A stretch of DNA of 64,000 bases, taken from NCBI GenBank assembly GCA_000165345.1, contig CM000431.1:832001-896000 (forward strand), given 5' to 3'. Under the pieces are notes generated by a model. It did no database searches. It saw only the letters and a list, made by a program, of their open reading frames with translations, and had not been told where the DNA came from. Positions within the stretch are counted from its first letter, which is position 1. Every line of letters begins with the position of its first letter. A program made the position numbers and the translations under genes. Positions 52,061 to 63,800 of the stretch are shown piece by piece.

Positions 52061-52664
52061 TATAGCTGAATCTTACTGAATGCCGTAATGTATGTATAAT
52101 AATTAGATACTTATAGAGTGATTCTGACTGGTTACATATAAGAAATAGTTGAATTAATCAATAATATAAGACGGTTGATTTTTAATTAGCTTTTAGTAAA
52201 AATGAATTTAAATGAAAATATTACGTAGTTTTAAAGTTGCAATAATAAATTAGTATACAAATATAAATTCACCTCATTAGTATTGGTGGCGATGAGAATA
52301 ATGCTGCTCAATTACACATGAACAATGATTTCGAATAAGCTAATTTCTTTCTTTATTTCCAGAAATGATTAAAGACAAAAGCTTGAAGCTTTGCAGAATT
52401 CTTTGTGAGAGAAATAATACTGTTAAAGTTTCGTGGAAATTCAAGAATATTGCAAATATTAAATACTACCAGCTTCGCATATAGTCACCCTTACAAGGAA
52501 TATTCCTTATGACTGTAATTAAATCTTGCGCTTTTAAGCAAACAATGACTTTCAGTAATAATTTATTTTATTTTTGTATGGATTTGAATCCACTTTGTAC
52601 CACAACTTATGTTTAGTTTAGAGTCATTTAACGCCGTGCAATTTTGACAATTTGAAATCGATCC

Positions 52665-52724
52665 TTGGCGCCCTCTGAAATAACTTGAGGCCACCATTTG
52701 GCGCCTAAAGGGTAACCGCCATTT
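52665..52724. promoter_or_regulatory. Cluster of three E2F-like GGCGCC/GGCGG elements within 60 bp: TTGGCGCC at 52665, TTTGGCGCC at 52697, CCGCCATTT at 52716.
   Basis: Lies in the divergent region between the cation exchanger gene (-) and the zf-C2HC5 gene (+). Confidence 0.55.
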
Positions 52725-53037
52725 GACCTTTGAACTTCTAAAAGTAATATGTGAATGAATAAAAAAAAAGCATAGTGGTAATGGGGGGAACGAGAGTATT
52801 GTTTGTAGAGGATTGAAATTAATAAGAAAAACTTTTAAGCGTATTATGTAAAAACGAAAGAAGTGAAATTTAATTCATTCAATTGGAAATAATTTTTGTA
52901 AATATTATTTTATTGTATTTTAGTAGCTATTTATGTTGAGGTATTTAGACCTCTACTTTGAAGAGCTGGGTTGAAACAAAAAATAAAATGCAACATTAGA
53001 GAAATTTATCGAAGATTTTATTAGTAAAATACTAGAA

Positions 53038-53696
53038 ATGAGGTCTATCAGAATTTCTGATATTCAATTCCAACAAAAAAAAGGTAATAAGAAAAATAAA
53101 AAAAATAATATTTCAGGTTATGACAATAAAATAAGTGATTCAAATATTGGCGCCGATTCATCGGTATTAGTAGAATGTGGATGCTATGCGAAATTGCATG
53201 CAATTTATATTACATGCATACAATGTGGTAAGTTGCGAATAAAAATTTCTTAGGGAGAATGATTTAATGTGAATATGAGGTGGAGAGAGGTAATAAGTCA
53301 GAAATAATATCAAATTAATTAAAATTGTAATTTTTAGGAAGGATTTCATGTGAATTAGAGAAGGATATTATTGAGTTAAATAATGAATGTATATTTTGTA
53401 AATCCAAGTTAGTTAAAGATGAGAGTGGAGATTTTATTTCAGAAGGAAACAATGAGGATGAGGAAATAGCTCATTATTTTCAAGCATTAGAGAGGAGAGA
53501 TAGATTATTAGAGTATGCAAAAAATTCTACAAGTAGAACACGGGTAATTGATGAAGAAACTGACTGGTTTTCAGAATTTGAAAACCCTTGGAATACTAAA
53601 GATGAAAGACTTTTAGCATTGAAAATGTCGAAAGAATGCGCCGAAAGTGCAGCAAAAAGTAGGTTTTCAAAATATATTTTTGTGATTAGAATTTAA
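53038..53696 (+). CDS. zf-C2HC5-type zinc-finger protein (ASC-1/TRIP4-like N-terminal finger). Model: exons 53038..53227 and 53338..53696 with a 110-nt intron.
   Basis: VLVECGCYAKLHAIYITCIQCG | (GTAAGT...TTTTTAG) | RISCELEKD...ECIFCKS matches the C-x-C..H..C-x2-CG-x-I-x-C-x-E...C-x-F-C pattern of the TRIP4 C2HC5 finger. The track ORF stops inside the intron. A possible in-frame 33-nt intron at 53084..53116 is ambiguous. The 3' end is uncertain. Confidence 0.5.
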
Positions 53697-54402
53697 TACA
53701 TTATTATAGGGAAAACAATGATAAATATAGATATTGAAAACAAGCAGATTACAATGGATGAAGGTTATAATACAAGGAATGCCTTGCATTATGCAAAATT
53801 ATTAGAAGAATTTGAACATAGAAGAGAAAAAAAGACTGATATAAGTACTGGAAAAACTGAAACAAATGTCGAGAATGTATTAAGTATGTTGGGACAAAGA
53901 CTAAGATTTGAAGAAGAATCCAAAATTGAGGGTAGCTTTAAATTACCTAATAAAGATACTATAATAAATGAGTTTTTGCCTTTATCAGTGAATGATCCAG
54001 TTTGGTCAGATCAGGATGATTAAGAATATGAGAGAAGAGTACCGAATAAATATTTGATAAATTCTGAATTATGCACTAAAAATAGGCAAAAACAAATAAT
54101 GGTGATTTAGAATTGGATTTGTAAGTTGGTGTGGCATTTTGGTGTGGAATTTTTGAAAAAAAAAATTACTAAGTTTTTTTTTTCTTTTTCTCCCAGAATT
54201 CAAGGAAAGGGAAATGGATTTTTCTTTCAAATTTAAGAAACATTACTCTTGGAAATAAAAATTGCTTGAAATAATAAGATATTCAAATTTTGAGATTTTT
54301 ATTTATATTCAACAATCTGAGTTGAATTTGACAAGTATTTATTTCATTAACTATTAAGAAGTGAATAAGATAAAGTAAAATTATAGGAATATTTGAAGAG
54401 TA

Positions 54403-57400
54403 ATGATGTGGCTTTTTCGTACATTATTATTTTTATTATCATTATTATGTTTGGGAGTTACAACGGTTTTTGGTGACTTGGAAGAAAATTCAAAAGCAAC
54501 TAATGGAAATGAAACACTTGAAGATTTGGCAAAGAAGCTTTTGGGAAAATTTGAGTCAATGGAATATCCTGGAATGCAGAATATTACGGATCCATTAACA
54601 AAAATAGTTTATGGACCATTTTTTTATGAGATTAACAATGTATCGCTACCTTTAAATATTACATCTTTGACAGGAGGAGCCTTTAATCCTCCAAGTAGTC
54701 ACGAATCAGCACAATATTACTATGAAAGTTTTGTGACTGAGCCATTTACTCCAGATCAGAGTGATGCTATTGCGTCATTTGAGGCAAGAAAAGTTATTAG
54801 GGGAGGAGTTGGAGCCCCAAATGGAACATATGTATTTTTCCAAGAAGAAATTCAATTACTTCCAAATTCAAGTTCTGGTGGAACTAATGGAGGTATTGGG
54901 GGAGGAAATAATGGAAATAATGGAAATAACAATGGAAATACAATACCAAATATTAAGCTTCCAGAAGGAAGTTTTGCTGTGAATGGAACAAGACTTCCAG
55001 TAGGAACAACAAGTTTTGGCCCAGTAACTTTCCCAAATGGAGCAATTTTGCCTTTGGGGGCTTTACTTCCAAATGGAACACTTTTACAGGCTGGAACAAA
55101 GTTGGGTCAAATGACCACTCTTCCAGGAGGAACTTTATTTCCAGGAGGTGCAACATTTCTGGAAGATTCTTCTTATAAACCAGTTTTGACTTTAAATATG
55201 AATTGTAACTTCATTGGGTCTCAGACATATGGATATAGATGTTCAAATAAAGCAGAATTAAAACCGGAAGCTTCATGTTGTATTACAAATACGCTATGTT
55301 ATTCAGTATCAGGATTTAGCAATATGACATCAGTGTCAATACCAGCAGGAGGAATCCTTCCATCAGGATCAAATCTTCCAAATAATTCCTTACTTTTGGG
55401 GCCATTAACTATTTCTACTAATACTATTTTTGGAGGAGGAGCTATATTACCGAATGGTGAAATAATTTCCCCAAATACTACAGTTCCATACGGAACAATA
55501 CTCCCGACTGGTACATTTATTGCTGATACTATTTATTTAGAGACCGGTTGTGTTTTAATGGGAGGACTAATAGCTTTTGGTTCATCTCCATTCATGATTA
55601 ATCTTCCAGCTGGGAGTAAACTAGGTCTTGGAACTTCGCTTGGAGGCGGAGCAATACTTAAGGGAATTTCATATTTAACTGGTGGAGCAATTTTCCCAAA
55701 TGGTACAATATTACAGCCAGGTACTATACTTCAGCCTCCATTGCATCCGGATAATGTAATAACAGAAACTTCCCTACTATTTAATTATCATTTGGGTATT
55801 CAGGATAATTTATCTTCTTGGGTATTACCTTCAGGAACTTTACTTCCAGGAGGGTTCTCAAATAGAGTTGCATTAGCAGTTTTGCAAGGAGGTTTTTACC
55901 AATTTAACGCACCTTTTGGTTATAAGAATGCTGTTTACAAATCTTCGATTGATAATCAGCAAGAGAAGAACGCAGGATTTTCTTCAGTTTCTAACATCTT
56001 TAATGATTTATCCACAAATCAGAACAATTTACATCCTTACTTTGATGATAATAGTGATTTATATGGTACAACTACAACATACTCATCCAATTCTAATTAT
56101 GGTTCTCAATCAGGCTCTTCAAATCTCATTGGATTTAGAGTATTAAATTATCAGATACCATCCTCAAGCAGTTATATGGAATTACCTCAACAAATGCTTT
56201 TAATAGATAATGCGTATTTCCCAAATGGTTTAAGTTCTAATGGCCCAATTCTTTTTTCTAATGGTACAATACTTCCAAGTCCTGTTATAATTAAGTCAAG
56301 TGTAACACTTCCACCTGGTACTTTTATTTTTGGAGCGTTATTAACTCCAAATGTTCAACTTGGAGGTCCATCTTTAGTTTTAGGTACTGCTGTTTTACCT
56401 CCATCTATCAGATTAAGTTCATCAACTTCTTTGCCATCAAAAGCTATTCTCCCTGGTGGAGCTTTCCTTCCTTTAGGAGGTGTTTTAACTGGTGATATTC
56501 TTTATCCATCAGGAAAAACTATTCAATCTGGAACATCTTTACCTTCTAACTCGTATATTAAACCAAATGCTTTACTTACTAATGGATTAGTTTTACCAGG
56601 AGGTGGAATTTTCCCTGGTGGAATTCTTATTCCAAACGGACAATTTGTACAACCAATGTCTGTACCACCTGGTACAATGTTCCCACCTACATCTACTTTA
56701 CTTGGTACTATACATATGACAAAAGGAGGAGCTTTATTACCAGGTGGAGCAGTCTTTTCAGGAAATAGTACTGTTCCTTCTGGTTCTCAGTTATTAATTG
56801 GAGCTGTATTATCGCAAGGGACTATTTTACCAGGAGGTATTGTATTTCAATCTGAAACAATAATTAGTGGAGGAATTCAAATTTCTCCATTAAATTCTCT
56901 CTCAGATTTGGACATTAATCAAGATGATTTTAATCCTGATAACTACCCTCCATTCTTCCCTCAAGATCCAAGTAATCCAGGTGGTAATAGCCCAAACAAC
57001 AATACTTATATAACAGCTCAAGTTAATATTACTAATTTCTACTATAAGGATCAATCTCAAGACTCTTTTTCATTCTTCAAAAACTTATTCTCTTCAAGTC
57101 TAGCTCTATCAATGGGGTTTGAGACTAATTCTATTCTAATCAATTCTTTATCTCCAGCAGAAAACCCTTATAATATTTCAGGCTATGATGGATCTTTTCT
57201 GTCTACATCTTTATCAAGTCCAAGCTCTTTCTCTTATTTAGATAACTTCTATTCATCAGATCAAAAAGGAATATCTGTTACATTTGAAATACACCCCAAA
57301 CTTGAAAACTCTTCTCTAGAAGATATTATTGAGGTTTTATTGAATAATGTCATTCAAAATCCTTCAAGTTCTTTCAATCGTATCTTCTCTTGGGTTGGAT

Positions 57401-57750
57401 TTATGATTCTTGCTGACAAGTCACCCAATTTCTGGACTAGACATCTTAGAGGTGGAAATAGAAAGATTATCAAGATTCCATATTTGGCAAATATTACTGA
57501 TTTCTCAACAATTCAAAACGCCTTTGATGGAAATGAGATCCATAACTTACTAGGAATTATTCAGAGTCGAAACCATAATGAATCATCTGTACTTATTGAT
57601 CATATAGATGCTGATAAGAATGTTGAAAATGTATCATTATGGGGGAATTCATTCAAAGAGAAAACCCAATATCAAAGTCAAGAACAGAATCAAAACCAAT
57701 ACCTATATCAGGAACAAAGTCAATATCAAAACCAATTAGGGTATATGTAA
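54403..57750 (+). CDS. Secreted repetitive glycoprotein (1115 aa) built from ~6-residue [LFI]-P-x-G-[TA]-x repeats; Q-rich C-terminus.
   Basis: Signal peptide MMWLFRTLLFLLSLLCLGVTTVFG. Long arrays such as LPNGTL-LQAGTK-LGQMTT-LPGGTL-FPGGAT and GGAIFPNGTILQPGTILQPP. Many NGT sequons inside the repeats. (AATGGAAAT)n-like GNNGNN tract at 54905..54943. Confidence 0.85.
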   Translation: MMWLFRTLLFLLSLLCLGVTTVFGDLEENSKATNGNETLEDLAKKLLGKFESMEYPGMQNITDPLTKIVYGPFFYEINNVSLPLNITSLTGGAFNPPSSHESAQYYYESFVTEPFTPDQSDAIASFEARKVIRGGVGAPNGTYVFFQEEIQLLPNSSSGGTNGGIGGGNNGNNGNNNGNTIPNIKLPEGSFAVNGTRLPVGTTSFGPVTFPNGAILPLGALLPNGTLLQAGTKLGQMTTLPGGTLFPGGATFLEDSSYKPVLTLNMNCNFIGSQTYGYRCSNKAELKPEASCCITNTLCYSVSGFSNMTSVSIPAGGILPSGSNLPNNSLLLGPLTISTNTIFGGGAILPNGEIISPNTTVPYGTILPTGTFIADTIYLETGCVLMGGLIAFGSSPFMINLPAGSKLGLGTSLGGGAILKGISYLTGGAIFPNGTILQPGTILQPPLHPDNVITETSLLFNYHLGIQDNLSSWVLPSGTLLPGGFSNRVALAVLQGGFYQFNAPFGYKNAVYKSSIDNQQEKNAGFSSVSNIFNDLSTNQNNLHPYFDDNSDLYGTTTTYSSNSNYGSQSGSSNLIGFRVLNYQIPSSSSYMELPQQMLLIDNAYFPNGLSSNGPILFSNGTILPSPVIIKSSVTLPPGTFIFGALLTPNVQLGGPSLVLGTAVLPPSIRLSSSTSLPSKAILPGGAFLPLGGVLTGDILYPSGKTIQSGTSLPSNSYIKPNALLTNGLVLPGGGIFPGGILIPNGQFVQPMSVPPGTMFPPTSTLLGTIHMTKGGALLPGGAVFSGNSTVPSGSQLLIGAVLSQGTILPGGIVFQSETIISGGIQISPLNSLSDLDINQDDFNPDNYPPFFPQDPSNPGGNSPNNNTYITAQVNITNFYYKDQSQDSFSFFKNLFSSSLALSMGFETNSILINSLSPAENPYNISGYDGSFLSTSLSSPSSFSYLDNFYSSDQKGISVTFEIHPKLENSSLEDIIEVLLNNVIQNPSSSFNRIFSWVGFMILADKSPNFWTRHLRGGNRKIIKIPYLANITDFSTIQNAFDGNEIHNLLGIIQSRNHNESSVLIDHIDADKNVENVSLWGNSFKEKTQYQSQEQNQNQYLYQEQSQYQNQLGYM

Positions 57751-58114
57751 TCTGAGAATAATTCACCAAGCCTAATCTCCAGCTTCAATGAATTAAGGCT
57801 TTAAAAAAGGGGAAATACGACTAATTCTTGTCCTAAATACAACCAAAATCCAGAAACAAATATTTCTTTTTTTTTTTGGATTCTAAAGATTAAATTCCAT
57901 CAAGAAAACAAATTCATTCAAATATAATAACTTAATGTACCAATTTCACATTATTATTATTATCACTCTAATCGCATTAATTCTACTCAAGACAACAATA
58001 GTCTCTAATTGTTTATTTCTTTTCAATATTTGTGAACTTATTAATTTCTATATTTCAATCCCTATAATAAAATATCCTTCTCCTTAATCATTAAGTTATT
58101 AAAGAGATAGATAT

Positions 58115-59932
58115 TTAAAGTTGTAGTCTCCTAAACATTAATATAACAACAATTCCTGCAAAAACGCATAATGTAATCATTGTGTAAGCCATAAACCAAA
58201 ATATATCAACATTCTTTTCCAATCCACTTTGAATATTCATTCCAAAAATTGAAGCAATAGCTGAAACAAATCCAACACATACTCCAACAATATCTAAGCT
58301 GATTTCACCTTTGAGAAAGTTGTTTCTTATTGTAGCCAAGTGAATCTGCATGACTTCAATTGCATCATCCAATTGAGCATTTAAACGATTCACTGTTCGG
58401 ATTAATCCCTCAACTTCTTGTTCATAACATTCTAAAAGTATCTCAGAATCAAAGAATGTTGATTCTAAGATAGCTTTATTATCCCAATTTTCAGGATTAT
58501 TCCAGAACTTAGAGATTTCTATCCTAATTAACAAATCATCATCGTCCAAGATCTCTTTAATAGCTTCATATACACCTTTAATTCTATCTCTAAGAGAATC
58601 AAGACGTTTTCTTAAGTCATTAATCTCATATACTTTTTGGGTTGAAGTTGGATTATTTTCAATATGAAGAAGAAAATCTTGAGCTGTATCATCTATTATA
58701 TAGTAACTATCCCAAAGTTGCTTGCATACTTCAATCAAACAAATTTCCAAAGCATTAAGTTCTAAAGATGCTTTATGTTGATATTCATTATGTTTTGTAG
58801 TTCCACTAGGAGGTATTTCTAATAGATTTAACTTTACAGGACTACAATGATTTGATTTATGTAAACTTTCAGGCTTAGTTTTGGTTTCAGGTTTTAAATA
58901 TTCTGGTGCAGATACTGTGATATTATAAAGATCTTTAATCGGAGCTTTTGCTTCAATATTACTTCTAAGTTCACTATTCAAAGTATTTTGTTTTAATTCT
59001 TCACTAATAATGGCTTCTTCTACATTAATTTTACGTGTAATAAATATTAGCTTTTCTATAATTGAGAGATCTCTAGGATTCGAATCTTTAATATATCTTT
59101 GAGTCTTCGTTTTAGATTTTAAATGAAATCCAATTAGTTTTGAATTGGACATATCAATCTTTTTATTAATTCCATGACTTAAAAGTTGTGGTTCAGTTTC
59201 TGTTTCTATTTCAAAGGTTTCACTTTCATCACGTCCTGGAGAAAATACAATAGGACTAACTGGAAGATAATAAACCTTATCATGTAGTATTAAACATCTA
59301 ACACCTGGCATATTAACTAATATACAATTTCTTCTAATCTCAATGGATGGTCTTTCAAAACTATGTAAACCAACAACTTGACGAAGATCTCTTAGTGTAA
59401 GAGCTCCTGATGCTCTTTCTTCAAGAATTTGTCTTTCATTATGCATATGTACCTTCCTAAGAAGTTCAGCTGTCTGCATATATTTTTGAGAGATTTTTCC
59501 ATCTTTAATACAAACAACAGGTATCTTTCTTTGTTTTTGTGAATATTTTTCAACCCAATGTTGTATTCTTCTATTACCAGAACCTTCAAGATAAGAGGAG
59601 CCAATAGTGTGGATTTTTGAGGATGAACCAAAGTACCTTGAACTAAGATCTTTACTATGGTTTTCTTTTTCTTTAAAATGCTGATTGCTACCTTGTAACT
59701 CTTTTTTCATTTCTAATTCCATATTAACAATTTCATACTCTTTCTTCTTTTTCCTTCTATTTGGGATTCTACTATTCAGAATCCTTCCATATTCCTCTCC
59801 TTCCATATCAATATCTACCTCATTATCTTCTGGTATATACTCATCTTCTTCATAGTTTTTTGAGGAATATCCTGGTGATATTTGGATATATTCCTGATCT
59901 CCATAGAGATATTCACTACTATTATAGCTCAT
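58115..59932 (-). CDS. CorA/MRS2-family Mg2+ transporter (605 aa).
   Basis: C-terminal IASIFGMNIQ (GMN motif at 58235..58243), followed by two TM helices and a basic tail. LRDLRQVV...ERPSIEIRRNCILVNMPGVRCLILHDKVYYL resembles the MRS2 core. Confidence 0.85.
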   Translation of the reverse strand: MSYNSSEYLYGDQEYIQISPGYSSKNYEEDEYIPEDNEVDIDMEGEEYGRILNSRIPNRRKKKKEYEIVNMELEMKKELQGSNQHFKEKENHSKDLSSRYFGSSSKIHTIGSSYLEGSGNRRIQHWVEKYSQKQRKIPVVCIKDGKISQKYMQTAELLRKVHMHNERQILEERASGALTLRDLRQVVGLHSFERPSIEIRRNCILVNMPGVRCLILHDKVYYLPVSPIVFSPGRDESETFEIETETEPQLLSHGINKKIDMSNSKLIGFHLKSKTKTQRYIKDSNPRDLSIIEKLIFITRKINVEEAIISEELKQNTLNSELRSNIEAKAPIKDLYNITVSAPEYLKPETKTKPESLHKSNHCSPVKLNLLEIPPSGTTKHNEYQHKASLELNALEICLIEVCKQLWDSYYIIDDTAQDFLLHIENNPTSTQKVYEINDLRKRLDSLRDRIKGVYEAIKEILDDDDLLIRIEISKFWNNPENWDNKAILESTFFDSEILLECYEQEVEGLIRTVNRLNAQLDDAIEVMQIHLATIRNNFLKGEISLDIVGVCVGFVSAIASIFGMNIQSGLEKNVDIFWFMAYTMITLCVFAGIVVILMFRRLQL

Positions 59933-60349
59933 TTTTATTTGTGTTTGCTTTTCTTTAATAATTTCCTTTTTAGTTCTGTATTTTTCATCATCAATTAATC
60001 GAAACTATTAATAATTAAAACAGCAAATAGAAGTTGATTAATAATTAGAGATGATTAGAAATCAAAAGAAATCTTAAATTCCGAATGATAATATATCTAG
60101 ATTTTTTTCAAGTTTTCCATTTCAGTAATTATTTTCTTTTATTTTTCTACCAGATAGTTAAAATAAAGAAAAAGGAATTAACCCCTTCTCTCACATTAAG
60201 ATTCACTCTTTGTCTTATAAACTTATAATTCTATTTAACTAATTTTTCATTATTATTTTTTCATACATGCTTACGATCTTTTTTCCCTCGCTTTAACCCC
60301 ACTTTTTAGATCAATTTCAAACAATACTCTTATTATTCGGTACCGTTAA

Positions 60350-60371
60350 GGCGCCAAAAATGGGCGCCAAA
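60350..60371. promoter_or_regulatory. Tandem pair of E2F-like elements, GGCGCCAAA and GGGCGCCAAA, 4 bp apart.
   Basis: Lies in the divergent promoter between the CorA/MRS2 gene (-) and the SAC3/GANP gene (+). Confidence 0.55.
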
Positions 60372-60813
60372 CGACTTGGTACAAAATTTAAGATGGTATT
60401 TATCAAAGGAAGATGTAATACAAAGAGCGGTTGAGGGGAGGTATGGAAATGAGTGAATAAATTAGGAAAAAAAAATTAATAATAATAACAATAATAATAA
60501 AGAATAGGAAGTTTCACAGTAAAGGGAGAGGTAGATTAAAAGTAAATAGGAGGAATTCTCTCTAAAGAAGGAAAGAAGTACAAATATTTAATGTAAACAG
60601 AGTTACTCTAGATTTTTTTTTTCCTACTTATAGCACAAGCATAATTGTGCAAAAGGAGATAGTGATATAAATATTTAAATGTATTCACATTTTTATAAAT
60701 AAGAAAGTTAAAGGACCTAATAAATCAGAAAAAAAGAAAGAAAGTGAGCGAAATTGAACGTATAATGGAAGACAAAGTAATTGAGTATAGGTTTTAAGGA
60801 CAAATATAAAATT

Positions 60814-63800
60814 ATGGCAGATAGCTTTGGGGGTAAAAATAAGGCAGGAAGAGAGTTTATTTATAATGTGAGAGATGAATTAAAGCCACCAATAGAAAAT
60901 GCATATTCGAATTACCATCCACTATTAAGAAGGGAAATATTTGAAGATCAGAGAAATGATCTTGCAAGATTGTATTTCAGGATTCAAGATCCTATACAAT
61001 TGTCTTCTTCTGGTCAGAATGAAGGAGCTCAGAATGTTTTTGTGGGTGAATTATTTGGAATGTGTACAAGAGAGGAAATGATCAATAAACAACAGACTTC
61101 TACAGCTAATGATTTTGAGAGACTTTCTGGAGTCACTTTGAATGATGATTTAGAAGCTAGAATAGTGAATGAGTTTCTTACAATGAAAAGCTTTCAAAGA
61201 TCTGATGCATCCAGGGTCTTTCACAAAGAACTAGTCAGACCAGTAGTTTGGTGCAGAATGGTTGTAAGAAGATTATTAGTTTATTTCATTGAAGCTGATA
61301 GAATTTTTCTCAATTATTTATATAGAAAACCACAAGGGCAAGGATATAAGTACATTGATATATATAACTTTCTTAGAGATAGACTAAGAGCAGTTTGGCA
61401 AGATTTAACAGTACAACATGCTACACGACATAGAGCAAGTATTGATAGTTTTGAGGTATCATTTAGATTTCTATTATTTTCTGAGGAGTATTTATGTAAT
61501 TTGAAAGAATTTAACTCAGTACAGAATGGTTCTTTAATGTCAACTTGTTTGGACAAGCTTATGTCGGGATATTTGGATGTTTTATATTATAGAAAGAAGA
61601 GTAGTAGTTATTTATGTGACTCTGAACTTTCCAGAATATTGGTTTATGATTCTCCTTTTCAACCAGAATTCTGGTCTTATCGTATCTTGACCAGTATGAG
61701 CATTAAGATTAAGGATGCAAATGATAACAGAATTATGGATATAATTAATTTAATTTCTCCAGAAATGATTGAACACCCTCTAATTAAGCTTTCACTTGGA
61801 ATTCATTGCTCTTTTAGATTTGTAAACATTGTTAGATATTTTAGATACTTCAGAAAGTGTTTTGGTATCATTTCTAATTTAATTAAAGATGAAAATAATT
61901 CTATTGAATCTTTTCAAAATAAAGATGGCCAAGATCCAGAGCAATATAGACAGTTTGGTCATGCTTTGATTCTTATTTGTATATTAATTAAAAAATATTC
62001 AAATATCATTCGTCTCAAATATTTAAATATATTGTTATCATCTAACATGAGTAAACGCCAACTTATGCCTTTAAATAGCTTCATTGAGATATTTGGGTTC
62101 TACATAGAATCTATTGAATCACTGAAACTATTTACTGAGAGATTTGATATTAAGATCTTTAACAAGGATAATCCTAATGTCTTTCTTTTTCAAGGAAGCA
62201 ATATTGGACAGTTTCAATCAATTCAGCAGATTTGCAATCTCACCACAAAATTTGTGGTATCATTTAAAGACTGTATAAATTTCTCAACAATGGAATCATT
62301 AAGTATTTTAAACTCCCTAAACTGGCCTTCTGAGATTCTGACTTCTCTTTTGGAAAAGATCCCCAGAATTGACATTCTAGACCCTATTTTAGGGAAAATT
62401 TCAAAAGTTGACTTTAAAAACAAGACTCACACAGAAGATTTAAACAAAAACAAGATCGCTGATTCAAATTCAAATCAGTTTTCCTTTACTTCTCTTTCAT
62501 CAAGCAATAGGGATGTAATTAATAACAATTATAAGAATAATAATCTTTCCAACACTTTAATTCAAAACTTAAAAGAAATAGATATCAACAAAGCTACAGC
62601 ATATCGTAATTTTATCACAAACTCAACCAAACAAAACAAAAGAAAAGGATTCTTCATGGAAGAAGAGGTACCTTCCATTTTCTCAAATCCAAACATTACT
62701 TACGATGTACACACAGACTCTACTTCTAACATGAATACCAATAGTAGCAATAAACGAAGGTCTATTACTGAAAATATCACTCTTCTCTCTGAAAATACGA
62801 CAAACAAGCCATATAATCTACAAACAAAAAACAAATTAGCTAATTTTCAGATAGATTCACCCAAATTTCCCTTCCAAACTACCAATTCTCATAATTTATT
62901 AAATAACTTAATTCCAAATGAGCGCCAAACTCCAGACCCTGGGCATTGCGCGCCAATAGGTCATGAATTAACAGAAATTAAAGAAACTGAAGAAAGAAAA
63001 CAGAGTGAGAAGGATGATGTATATGATTACAAGAAAGAAGTTGTGAATGTAGTAGAATCTATTCCAAAGGATTATTTGGATTTAAGTGTTCAGAAGAATG
63101 GTCAGGTATTGAAATTTGGGAAGGAGATTTCTGTGAATTATGTGGGGGAAGGCGATCTTGGGAAAACTGAAGCTAATATTTTGGGATTAGAAAACCAAAT
63201 AATAGAGGATGGACTTGTTGGTTTGAGCGGATGGAAACGTTTTAGAGTATTCTTTAATAAATATCAAGGCTCAGAAATGGAGTTAAAGGAAGAAGTTGAG
63301 AATGATAGAATACTTGAGAATGATAAAGAAAGCCAAAAACGTATTAATATACTTTTATCCAGGATAAATCTTCCAGAAAATGAAAATGGAATTAATCAGT
63401 GGTTAAATTTATCAGTTTCTGGAATTTTGGAGCAGATTAAAACTGATATTATTTCAAGAGTGATTAAATCTTTAAAATTTAGCTTTGTATTTTTTTATAA
63501 TCAATTACTGAATATAGAAGGCGTATCGAGATCCCATATAAGCCAATTGAATACATTTTACACCAAATTGGAGCTAATACTTTCAAATTTGACAAATGGG
63601 GATTTCTTGGATAAAAAAACAGTTCAGACTACTGACCAATTGAAAACTACAGAAAATCATGATTATGTTTTTCCATGGAATTCTGTAATGGTTAAATCTG
63701 AAATATTATCAGGTAGTAAAAAAGAAAAAGATCAAATGATTATAGATATTTACGAAATTGACTTTTCTCATGAGAATTTTGAAAGATTTCAAGGAAATAA

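Noticed and set aside
53084-53116. Possible 33-nt intron (GTAATAAG...TTTCAG) in the first exon of the zf-C2HC5 gene.
   Set aside because: Its length is a multiple of 3 and it is stop-free, so it is equally consistent with plain coding sequence (GNKKNKKNNIS). It is very short for an intron and not callable without transcript data.
59076-59086. tRNA T-loop-like GGATTCGAATC.
   Set aside because: Lies inside the CorA/MRS2 coding sequence, with no surrounding acceptor, D or anticodon arm complementarity. I found no tRNA genes in the window.
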